Assembly: GCA_964247055.1 (NCBI GenBank)
Contig: OZ176053.1
Location: 11,842,001-11,906,000 of the forward strand
Direction of reading: 5' to 3'
DNA: 64,000 bases
Origin: Paragordius varius
Lineage: Eukaryota > Animalia > Nematomorpha
Shown: positions 13,447 to 24,363 of the stretch, piece by piece
Numbering within the stretch: the first letter of the stretch is position 1
Layout of the letters: every line of letters begins with the position of its first letter
The notes under the pieces: generated by a model
Seen by the model: the letters and a program-made list of their open reading frames with translations, nothing else
Told to the model about the DNA's origin: nothing
The model's database searches: none
Position numbers and translations under genes: made by a program

Positions 13447-15349
13447 CAGCAAATATATTTACAGTATTCACATTTATGCTGGCCTAATCACATTATTTTG
13501 GCCAATTGGCAATACAGGATGATATGGGTTGAAACAACAAAATGTGTAATTAAACAATTTTTTCCTACATAACAAAATTTGCTTTATAACACACGGTATT
13601 GTATGATAATCAATTCAACATAAATAGGCTTACTGTATAATCATGACCCAAAAATTGGATTAATAATAGTTTATGTAGCGGTTTAATGATAATAATAATG
13701 GGTTTGATGTAGTATATATTGGAGATCATGTATGTTACCAGGAAATATTCAAAGTTTAAATATGTGTTATGGACACTAGTAAACTGAATTTCAACGGCTT
13801 AACCTTATTTTTAATTAACACATTTTTTACATTTTATATTACTGGACTGATATCACAACGCATCACCCAAAAGCGCTCCGATTTACAAATTAATTGCCAA
13901 TTAAAAGTCCATCAATATAAAATGTGTATTCTGATTCGGAGGCTAAGCTATTAAGCATGTGAATGTAAGAATGTTTAATTTTTTTTAATGGTTAAGGCTA
14001 CAAAATGGTTATTTAAAACGGTATAATTGGAATCAAAATTAATTTGATATAATACGTAATATTTTTATGCAATGTTCATTGACTTAACTATCGCAAATCT
14101 GTAAAAATATGTTGCAAATATAGCCGAGTATGAGCCTTTCTTATGTTAAAATATATTCTTTAATCTTTAATCGCCTAAAAAATAAAAGCTAACATTTTAT
14201 GATTTTTTTCATATGCCACGATTAAGAACTTAAAATTCTAAAAAATATTTTTAGCATTGTCCAAATTTTAAATATGCTCTGTTTAGCCATTTTGACGCAT
14301 GATACAAAAAAGTTTTTTAATGTAAAATTGCAAAAAAAACTTATCTCATACTTTTCACATTTTTTCTTTATTTTTTCAAAATCGTGACAACAGGCAATTA
14401 AATGTACATGTTTGAAAAAAATAAATAATTAAGCAAAGCTTTCAAAATTTATGCGATAATTTTTGTTAATTAATATTATATCAGCTATTTGTTTTAAATA
14501 TTTCTTGAAGTAATCTGAATTTTATCGCATAAAACGAAAATATAATGAAATGTTAATTTAAAATCTTCCCAAACTTTTTCCCATTTTTACTTTCTCTTTT
14601 AAATAAAAACAACAGTAAATTCCGATTAAGACAAAAATGCTTCAATCATATATCTAGAAATAACTTTGATAGGCATAATTCTAAAAGCACCTTGATATTT
14701 GTCCAATCTATCTGAATATATTTATTTTGATTGCATATTGCGTTGTACTAACCGATTTCTGCGATTTATAATATTCAAGGTTAACTATTTATCTCGATGA
14801 ATTCGTGGTGGACATTTGTACTGTATATGTTGTAAAAATATACTGAATAACTTTTGTCCATAAGTGTAAATTGTTGGTACAAATTATTTGCTATTTTATA
14901 GATTAACACTAATATAATATGGTGTTTAAAAGTTAAAGTAATAGTGTTTATTTTTTATAGATAAACCGTATAAATGTAATAGCTGCTACAAATGTTACGA
15001 CAACGAAGCTTCCTTGCTTGAACACATACCCAAGCATAAATTCTCCAAACATTCAAGGACCCATATCTGTTATTTGTGTGGTAAATCTTACAGTCAGGAG
15101 GTTTACTTAACAAAACATATTTCCAAGCATAGTGCAATACACACTCGCAATATTATTACCTCATCGGAAATTTTAACGTCCAGCTCATTACAAAACAATT
15201 CCATAATTCCGTCCTATTCCACCATAAACGGGCAAAATATATACATTAATTATATAAATTCCGGAGGTATTTCTACCAATTCAGATTATCTTCCTTTCTA
15301 TGATACCTCACGGCAATATACAGAATATTTGATACCTAATACCTATTAA
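11603..15349 (+). CDS. lin-29: LIN-29/rotund/squeeze (ZNF384/ZNF362 family) C2H2 zinc-finger transcription factor; exons about 11603-11972 and 14961-15349
   Basis: Five fingers: FANSSYLNQHIRIH, FTQMSHLQQHLRTH, FTQLSSLQSHSRCH, then after a 2988-nt intron KPYKCNSCYKC..LLEHIPKH and THICYLCGKSYSQEVYLTKH, the family signature. Start codon uncertain; upstream exons are possible. Confidence 0.85.
12656..13207. mobile_element. MITE family A (TIR TATACCATTTGCA(C/G)TTCAAG, 21-bp subterminal repeats), in the zinc-finger gene intron
   Basis: Inverted termini at 12656 and 13207 (CTTGAAGTGAAAATGGTATA); repeated CAAGTTGGTCCTTGAA units; homologous to 27861-28501 and 22915-23140. Confidence 0.8.
13398..13455. 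repeat. Perfect 58-nt palindrome: TATTTGCTGC-(TA)n-GCAGCAAATA
   Basis: Unique 10-nt arms are exact reverse complements around a (TA)n tract. Confidence 0.9.
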
Positions 15350-15388
15350 TAAATAAATGAATAGATTTATGTCATCTGTCAACAATTT

Positions 15389-16092
15389 ATGGATGTTCTA
15401 GCTTATTTTAAAAATAAGCGTGTTTTATTAGCAAGCAGTTCTCCTCGCCGAAAAGAAATTTTGGAAAAAATAGTATATATATTTTTAAATTAGTTAACTT
15501 TTGAAGTTTTTCCGTCTGATTTTGATGAATCTTTAGTGCCATTATCTGATCCATACAATTACGTTCAAGTTTTATCGAAATTAAAAGCGAAAAATGTTTC
15601 TCAATTGAAAAGGGTATATCATTTAATAATATATAGGATTTTGATTTATTAATTTCTGCTGATACAATTGTTAGCTTTAATAATGAAATTCTGGGTAAAC
15701 CAAAAAATACCTCACATGCTATTGAGATGTTAAACAAGTTTTTTTATATTTAAAATAATAGATTAAACGGAGATATTCATAAAGTATTTACCGGGGTAAC
15801 ACTTTTGGTTAAAAATCCGAAATCCCACGAATTAATAGAGAAAACATTCACTGATACAACATTAGTTAAAATGGCAAAGAATAGTGAAACTACCCTCTTA
15901 AAATATATTGATACAGGAGAACCAATGTATTATACATATAATTTTAGGGACAAAGCAGGTTCATATGTCATACAAGGGCTCGGTAGTGTATTAATTGAAT
16001 CTATCAATGGAGATTACCACAATGTAATGGGATTTCCCCTTCATAAATTTTTTGTAACTCTAAACGATATATATGACAACTTTATTAAATGA
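15389..16092 (+). CDS. Maf-family nucleoside triphosphate pyrophosphatase (stand-alone ASMTL-Maf-like), 204 aa; exons 15389-15472, 15494-15613, 15637-15737, 15762-15926, 15948-16092
   Basis: LASSSPRRKEIL, ISADTIV..ILGKP, HKVFTGV, GEPMDKAGSY.IQG, NVMGFP. Motifs join in frame only after removing four 21-24 nt GT-AG introns. Confidence 0.9.
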
Positions 16093-16879
16093 TTAGACTT
16101 TTTAATAAAGATATTATATTTTTGTATATGGCAACCAAAACATTTACTACCAAGCTCTTAATATAAATTCTATTTGGAATGATTTTGCCAATTATTTATA
16201 ATTGGCAAAATCATTGCATAATATTATTAGTCTGTATCGTAATCTTTTGTGAAACCCCGAAATCACAATTTAAAGGTTTCGCATAATTTGGTTATTTATA
16301 TTTTTATTCTTTTCTATTGTAATTAAAATAATAAGTCTGTAAATTTTAAAATCATACTAAAATTAAAACCCCGTGACTAAAAACAATACCGCCAAAATCT
16401 TTTTATATATTTTCTTGAGGTAATCATAAGACACCGTATAATAATTCATGAAAAATCGAACCATTTAGGTTTTAGTACCTGTTACCTTCTATAGATTCTT
16501 AATGATATACCATTTTTCAGTCACACTTTTTCAACCAAACGAAACTATTTTTTAACCTAACGCAACATTTTTAATTACGATCGGATGAGAAATGTTGCGT
16601 TTGCTTAATGTTGTTTTGACGAAAAAATGGTACGGCTTACATGTGTTCTTATAGCACATAAAATTTATATTTGACACAAAATTTTAATTAGCCCTAATTT
16701 TATGTATGCAAGTATATCCTCCACCACTCTTGCAAATCTTTTGGATATTTTATAGCATATTACTTCCAATTTATTTTTTGCCTAATTTTTTTAATGTGTG
16801 GCTGTAAAAAGCATATTAAATTTGGCAATAAACAGAGGAAATTGGGATAAAATTATAAAAAAACAAAATGTTTAAAAAC

Positions 16880-17657
16880 CAGGGGTTTTCAACATAAGTG
16901 GCTTCGCTGGCCGCTGATTTGAAAAATTTGAATGTGAGTAGGGTTGTGCATTTGACTGCTTTTTCAAAAAAGTCCGGTCAGACCATGGTCATGGTCATGA
17001 CCACTTTACCTAAGTAAATACCATGCGATATTGGATTATGAAATTACTTCTGAATCTTCAAATACCTCGCTTTTAATACTGGATATTTCAAATAAAATTT
17101 TTCCTGTTTCTTTTACACTTGCTTTGATCATTGAAATATCCAATTATAAAATGTTTTTTCATTTTATTAATTCACATATATGGAATAATTGAATTATAAA
17201 AAGTTGGATTGTTTTCTTTTTCGAAATAACTGGATATGTTTAAATGCTAATTTAAGGATGCATGTTTAACATTTTAAATTTTAAATAAGCAAATTTAAAT
17301 ATTTATATATTTTTTTTAAAATATATTAAAAAATAACTTACTATTATTCTTCCAAAAAAAACAACAATTTTTCAAAAAACAGCTGAAATGACCATGGTCA
17401 AAAAATAAATAGTCACTGACCAAATCATCGGGTCATGACTTGGTCAGCACAACCCTAAACGTGAGTATTGATAAATTTTTCATTAGATTCCAAACATATT
17501 TGCCAATTGGATAGGCTTATTGAGAAAAGTTACGGAAATATCAATTTTATTTAGGTTTTATAAGCATTAATTTACAAAGTGAGAGTTATTAAGTTTTTCA
17601 TAGGCCGCACACATTATCTTAAAAGACCGCATGCGGGCCGCCTGTTGGAAACCCCTT
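16880..17657. mobile_element. Non-autonomous hAT-type element (outer), interrupted by a second hAT MITE
   Basis: TIR CAGGGGTTTTCAACA / TGTTGGAAACCCCT; subterminal GGCCGC/GCGGGCCGC motifs shared with 38914, 55617 and 56554. TSD not clear. Confidence 0.6.
16939..17457. mobile_element. Nested hAT-type MITE with 8-bp TSD
   Basis: TIR TAGGGTTGTGC / GCACAACCCTA; flanking AATGTGAG / AACGTGAG (7/8 match); internal GACCATGGTCA/TCATGAC motifs. Confidence 0.8.
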
Positions 17658-17989
17658 TTTTAATCATCCCTTTACGGGTTGCATTCACCCATTTTTTGTC
17701 ATCACATGAAAAATTTGGAATACGATTTGCAAAATATGCTCATAAATATTAGAAAAATTGATATTTCTTAAACAATTTTTAAATAAGTTTATCCATTGTC
17801 AAGAACTAGAAAAAAATTGTTACGTTGCTTTTGCAGTCCTATGTTAGAAATCTAATAAATTATTTTTATACCCATATTTATTTCGAATGCGGCCTGCGAA
17901 GCCATTTGTGTTGGACACGTCTGGTCTTCTGAAAATAACTTTTAAAACATAATTGTTCGAATCTCATCACGGAAATGGGCATTTTTTCT

Positions 17990-19950
17990 TAATTAGACTA
18001 GCTTTTTCGAACCCTTCAAATGTAGTATTATAGAAAACCCATTATTTAAAAGAAATGTCCTTAACTGAGGGTCTACTTTAAACGGCTAATTCACCCACGG
18101 ACACAAAAATCATTATTAAAATTGTGTAGGTTATTATCATGAATTTTCTTCGAAAACTTTTACGACTTCCTTTCAGAATTGAAATATTAGGGTACTCAAA
18201 AGGTATTTCTCTAAGGATAAGAAATAAATAAAAATATTTCAATGGGTTCTTACGGTGTACATATCAAAAATTGATTCAGACCCAATAACATTGCGTCCAA
18301 TATCGGGATGTATAAAGCAAAAGCCTGATGAAATATATTCTGATAAAAAATTGTATTACGATATGGTGCTTTTGATTTTGGCCCTTTTTGTGGTAAGTGC
18401 TCCCTATCAGTAATGGCGAAATTTCCGCACATTTTTTTATAAACTTTTTTTTCAAAGCTAAATGCTTCATTTGATAAATATCACTAATTTATATCGTAAA
18501 CTACATATAAAAGATAAAACAGTAATTTATAAAAATTTAATTTTTAGAAGTGGCTCCGAAAGTCACGAATTTTTTCCCAATTTTAAAATGTGCTGATTAT
18601 TCTCAATAAAATACACACAAAAAATAGCGAGATTGCGCGATTTTAAATTAATGCTAAATTTTGATTCAACCTAAAATATTTTTAAAAAATGCATATTTTT
18701 TTCAAAAAATATTTTTAGAAAAATTTTGTTAAAGTGCACTTCATACTATTTTGAGGCATCATAGAAACGGTATAAAAACGCTTTAAGTATTATAAAAACA
18801 CTTTTATAATTCTATGGTAAACATTTCTATCCTTTCAGTTAATTAGAAGGTTCAGTTAAATTTGGTGCGTTTTTGTAAATACAATTTATGTTTAGTATAA
18901 ATGAGGACGAACGATTTAGCATTATCGAATTATAGAGGTGTTTTTATAATATCTCAAAGCGTTTTTATATTATCTACATGCCTCAAAATAGTATAAAGTA
19001 CGCTTCAACAAAGTTTTGCTATCTGCATATAATATAAATATTTTGCACACAACTACACCTTTTATATGAAAATAAAACATAATTATTAGGCTTGTACCGA
19101 CATTTATAACCACTTGAATACAACCCATTCATTTTTGTCCTTCGATTCAAATTGCGGTAGTTGGATACCCCCGCTCTTAAATTCTTTAAAAAATAATGAA
19201 GGAATTTATGGCAATTTAGACTAATATCACAATAATAAACCGAAATATATAAAAAAGGTATTCAAAAAATACCTGATATTACTTATTAAACTGAAACCCA
19301 AAGGTAAAAAGTTAGTCAACGAGACATGTGTGCAATGGTAATATTAAAAAATAAAACAAAATAAATCACTTTTCTATATCTTAATGTTAGATGTTATTTA
19401 AATAGAAAAATTTGCTTTAATCTACCTTAAAAATTAAATGAAGACGATATTTTGCAAAAAATTTTGTAAAATAAAAATGTCGTCGAAGTCGTTTGACATT
19501 GATCATTTTTTCAAAACAAAATTTTATTTAATTATTTTGGCTTAGTTATATAATTTTTATTGGGATAGAAGCATAAATTAAATTAGGACCGTTTCCTTTG
19601 GTATTATAAATACTAACTTAACTTTAGTTTGAAGTATTTATATATATTAATTTGAATTGTCAAGAGAGTCATCCCATTTTATAAAAGGGAGCCTTAGCTT
19701 TTACCAAAATAACTTTAAACGCAATGTCCGCAAATTTTAACATGTTATGGAGCAGTTACCACTAAAGTGAATGTAACTTTCTCACTTCTAAAAGCCAAAA
19801 CAGCACCATGCTAATCCTGCCATTCTATCAAAATATATATTCATCTAGATATTTTTAGTGGACACTGTGCAATTATTTAAAATTGCATTTCTTAAAAGGG
19901 TGCGGGTTAGCTGAAAGGCATACACCTCGCAATTGTAATTGAATTGGCCT
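17990..19950 (-). mobile_element. Highly decayed CR1/L2-like LINE RT remnant, interrupted by a foldback MITE
   Basis: Collinear minus-strand fragments: W*KAKAPFYKMG (cf. WK.A...P.YKKG), FKEFKSGGI and NRRTKMNGLYSS (cf. KL..YGI, R.Q.V..NG..S), RRKFMIITYTIL (cf. RR...DMI.TYKIL). Boundaries approximate. Confidence 0.5.
18721..19017. mobile_element. Foldback MITE with about 90-bp imperfect inverted arms
   Basis: 18721-18812 is the imperfect reverse complement of 18927-19017 (CATACTATTTTGAGGCA / TGCCTCAAAATAGTAT etc.). Confidence 0.7.
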
Positions 19951-20179
19951 AAAATTTTTTTCGAAAATTTTAAACTCAGCATAGGGACTAAATCTTACAA
20001 TTTCTCGTTTTTATGTTGTGATTTAATGTTAATTGCGATTGTTAAACATAATTATTATGCAGTTGAAATTAGATCATTCTCATCAACCAAATAATCGCGA
20101 TAATACAAAGTTTCTATAAAATATTTAATTTACACGCTTCTGCTGTATATTTGGTATTTTACATTCATAAAATTTTCAC

Positions 20180-23100
20180 ATGGCTTTGAAAGTAGAGGGT
20201 CAGGATTATCTTGATGATTTTGACACTTCCGATGAAGAAGTAAACCTTATTATATTTTAGGAAATTCAAAATTCGGTCGGAAACGTTCCGATGAGTTGGT
20301 ATGAAGATTATCCGCATATTGGTTACACCCAAGACGGCACTAAAATTTTTAAACCAGCAAAAGGAAATGAATTAGATGAATTTTTAGATAAGATGGAAAA
20401 TCCGGATTATTGGTTTAATCTTTTTAATATATAGGCGTAAAGTTAAAGACACACAAACGGGACGTGATGTATTGCTAACCGATGACGAATTAACATCTAT
20501 TAAAAAAATTATATCACATAATTATACTTCGACAAATGATACTTATGAACCTTGGGTAGATTTTTTTACCAATGAAGTCATGATTCATCCGCTTATTAAT
20601 ACTGTTCGCAGCAAGAAAAGTTTTATTCCTTCGCTTTCCGAAAAGGAAAAAGTAATGTTCTATAAATAATTAATATTTTAATGTATGTATATCATTGTAA
20701 AAACTGGTTATAATTAATTTTATGCTTGATTTGTTTTTATAATTTTTTCCATAAAAATAAAATAGGTACAAAAATTGGTTTATGCCATGCGTATGGGTTG
20801 GATTAAACACAAAAAACCTAAAAACTATGATGATGCCGAACCCTTTAATCAAGATCTCTGGAAACCTACGGATGTAATTATTTACACAAAATTTATATTT
20901 TAAACACTTAAGTTGGGGGTAATTTAGATTAAAACTAACTCAAACTTTTAGCCGAATATTCGCATGTAGCTTTTAGTAAATAAATTGATAAAAAATTGGA
21001 AAATGATACATTATGATTTATAAATAAAAAGCAAATTTTTATTCAACTTGATATAAGAGCTATCGGAATTTTAGACAACAGAAGCTACAAAAGTGTTTTG
21101 TCTAATATATCATGTGTTTGATAAATTTAAACCTAAATGGCTTTTAGAATTAAACTAATCTATAAAGCAAGTACCGCTATAAGTATTTATAGAGGAATTT
21201 CATCAGTAATTATCTATCATAATTTCAATTAATTAATCGCTTTTTCTTTCTTTCTTTTTAGAGTGAAGACATACAAAGTAAACGTGATTTATTAAGAATG
21301 CGTCATTATATCCCTGCCCCTAAACCAGCATTACCACACCATCAAGAATCCTACAATCCTCCATTGGAGTATTTGTTTGATGAAAAAGAGGTTATTTTAT
21401 ATCATTTAAAAAGTTTTAAAGTTAGTTTTATTTATTGGATGAAAGGTAAGTTTTTGATTTGCTGGTATGTAAAAATCAAAGTTTTGTATTATTTCGGTAC
21501 TTTTTTAAATATTGTTAGATAGCCCTTTACAACAAAGAGAGATATAATTGGCAATTAGCATGAACTGTTTTTTTTTCATTTTTTAGGCAAAACCTTATAG
21601 AAGGAAAGGCTTGCTTCCCTGTATAATATAATGATATAATTTAATTAAACAAAAAACGATAATATTTTAATTTATTTTTCATGGCATGCAGAAAGAAAAA
21701 TGGTTGACCCAAGATCCGGAGGATAGAAGAATTAATTTTATACCTCAACATTATTCAAGTCTTCGGCATGTTCCATCCTATGAAAATTTTATTTTAGAAC
21801 AATATGAACGATGCCTAGACCTTTATCTTTGTCCCCGTGTTCGAAAAATGAAGGTTTGGGTTATTTTCTTTGTAAAATATCAATGTTTTAAATTAAATTT
21901 GTAGTGTTGAATACCTGAATTATACGTTGGGAAAAAGTTTTAAAAGGCATTCCATCAAATAATAAATATATCGCTTTTAGATAGAAATATCCGATATAAT
22001 AAATATAATCCCAATGATATAATTATATAAAAATATTAATTTTAAATTTTGCGATAGATAAAGTCATCATTGATTTATTGAAACATTTTGTGACATCCAT
22101 AAGTATAGATAATATATAATTTTTGTAGGTATCATAAAATATAAATTTTAAAACTAAAAACAATTTAAATGTTTTAACTTATTGGTATCTTATGTTTCGA
22201 ATTTATTGATACACATACTATATCCCCTAAATTTTAACAATATTTTTATTAATTTTGGGGATTGTAATATAATTTATTACAATTTTTCGTTGACATACAT
22301 ACTACTCGATAGGCAAATTTATCCTCATCGAAAGATTTATTACCAACCTTACCGAAACCTGAGGACCTAAGACCGTTTCCCTCAAATCTGGCTATTACTT
22401 ACAGAGGTCACACTGGTCCAGTTACTTGTATAGCTGTAGATACGCTCTACAATCACAGATACCTTTTATCAGGTTTTATAAATTGTATATTAAATTTAAG
22501 TTTTAACAATACATTGTTCATAAAAATTTTATATATATTTCTTAGGCGATTATTAAAATTCTCCATCATTAAACCTTGATTGGAAAAGGTGTAAATTAGC
22601 ATTATTAATAATAAATTGTTATAGGTTCTAGAGATTCAAGTATACGAATATGGGAAATATCCACAGGGAGATGTTTGAAAACTCTACGTTTTACGGGACC
22701 TCAAATGAAATCATTGTCGCAAGATAGTGTTAAAAATACAGCTAACGAGAAACAAGAATTGGTAATTCTTGCATTTTATCATCGTAAATGCAATTTTTAC
22801 GCATGTTTATTAATTTGTTAATCATTATTATTCTAAATGTTAATGCAAATATGTTGGTTTTAATTATTTTTTCATTTAAACTTTTTTATATTGTTTGCCC
22901 GCTGTTATAGGTCATATAAATATCCAAAATAATTTTAAGAAAATATTAAAGATATCCTGTTTCTCAATGATTGAAAGTTGATATTGATTTAAAATTTATG
23001 TTAAATAATAGAAAATAGGTTAAAAACGATAAAACAGATGAATGATTTACGATTTGATTGATAAAGGGTAAAAATAAAATAAAAAAGTCAAAGGACCAAC

Positions 23101-24329
23101 TTGATTCGTTCAAGGACCAACTTGAAGTGCAAATGGTATATTGTATTTATAGATATTATGCTGCCATCATTTTTTTATATATGTCTGTATAGAAAGATAA
23201 TGTTAGTTTGCTCAATGCAAACATCGATAATTGTACCCAAATGCCGGTCAATAGTGTAGCTTGGTGTCCTATCGAATCTAAATTTGGATCTTTTCCTCTT
23301 ATTGCTATAGCCATCGGTTCTTATGTATTTATCATTGCCCTACCTAAACTTATTATGGGACGTATTTTTAGTCCTCAAAAAACAATAAAACCCCAAAATA
23401 ATGAAGAGGACCTCAATAAAGAAACCGTTAAACTTGCCAAAGATTACAAATCTACCAATGAAAGTGAGAAGAATAAATTTGAAACGCTGTTTAAAATGGC
23501 TTGGACTTCCGTTTTAGCTCCTGAAAAAACAAATGCTAATAAAGAAAATTCTGATTCTGGTATAATTATTATCATTTGAATGTTTGTAAGTCTAGATATT
23601 GTATACATAGGGTCGGTGATATTTTATATTAGTGTAATTATGCGGTTAAATATAAAATTTTATTTATTCTTTATCAAAATGTTTGCATTTGTATGATAAC
23701 TTAATATATAATAACTTAACGAAATAATATGCGTAAAAATTATATATAATTGTTGCGTTTTTTCGTTTCCAAATGAATAAGCTAATAATTCATATAATAA
23801 ATTATTCTTTTTATACAAAAAAGGTTTGGTTTGATAAGAAAATAATAAATTTATTTTGCCCAATTATTTTAGATCAAGATGAATTGGACAAAAAGGACAC
23901 ACCAAGTATAATTTTACCAAAAATTTAGCAAATCTTATACCTTTTTCCTCTATATATATTATAAAATTTTATATAAATTTAGAATCTGTTGTTACTTGGA
24001 TTAAACCAAACAAAGATTTTCGTGAATTGGGAATTGTGTATATATTAAAACATTCCAAGGTTATTACTATATTATAGATGCAAGATATTGTTTGATACAA
24101 TTGCGAAAAAAATATTGAAACCATTTAATATATTATAAATTTATTTAATTCGTTTTTTTTACTTTTTTTCCAAAAAATTTATCATTAACGTAACAAAAAA
24201 TAATTTTTTAATTTTTAAAGGAGGTAACCAAAATCGAGTGGCATAAAGGCGGAGATTATATTCTCTCTGTTTGTGCTAAAAACGGATCTGAATCTATCAT
24301 TCTCAATAAATTATCCCGACGAGAATCAC

Positions 24330-24363
<34 letters not shown>

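Noticed and set aside
18078-18432. Two-exon 103-aa minus-strand gene (18432-18254, 18210-18078) with a plausible 43-nt intron; a plus-strand model is also possible
   Set aside because: No recognisable family, and the second part (RRKFMIITYTIL) fits the collinear CR1-like LINE remnant better. Not excluded without RNA data.
19860-19960. Minus-strand NYNCEVYAF..LLRNAILNNC resembling MRPL44
   Set aside because: No downstream exons matching the rest of MRPL44, and adjacent fragments match LINE RT motifs.
15473-20260. Stop-codon reassignment or readthrough to explain in-frame TAG/TAA in Maf and BOP1
   Set aside because: Each stop lies in a GT...AG segment whose removal restores the conserved spacing, neighbouring cases are frameshifts, and all genes end in normal stops.
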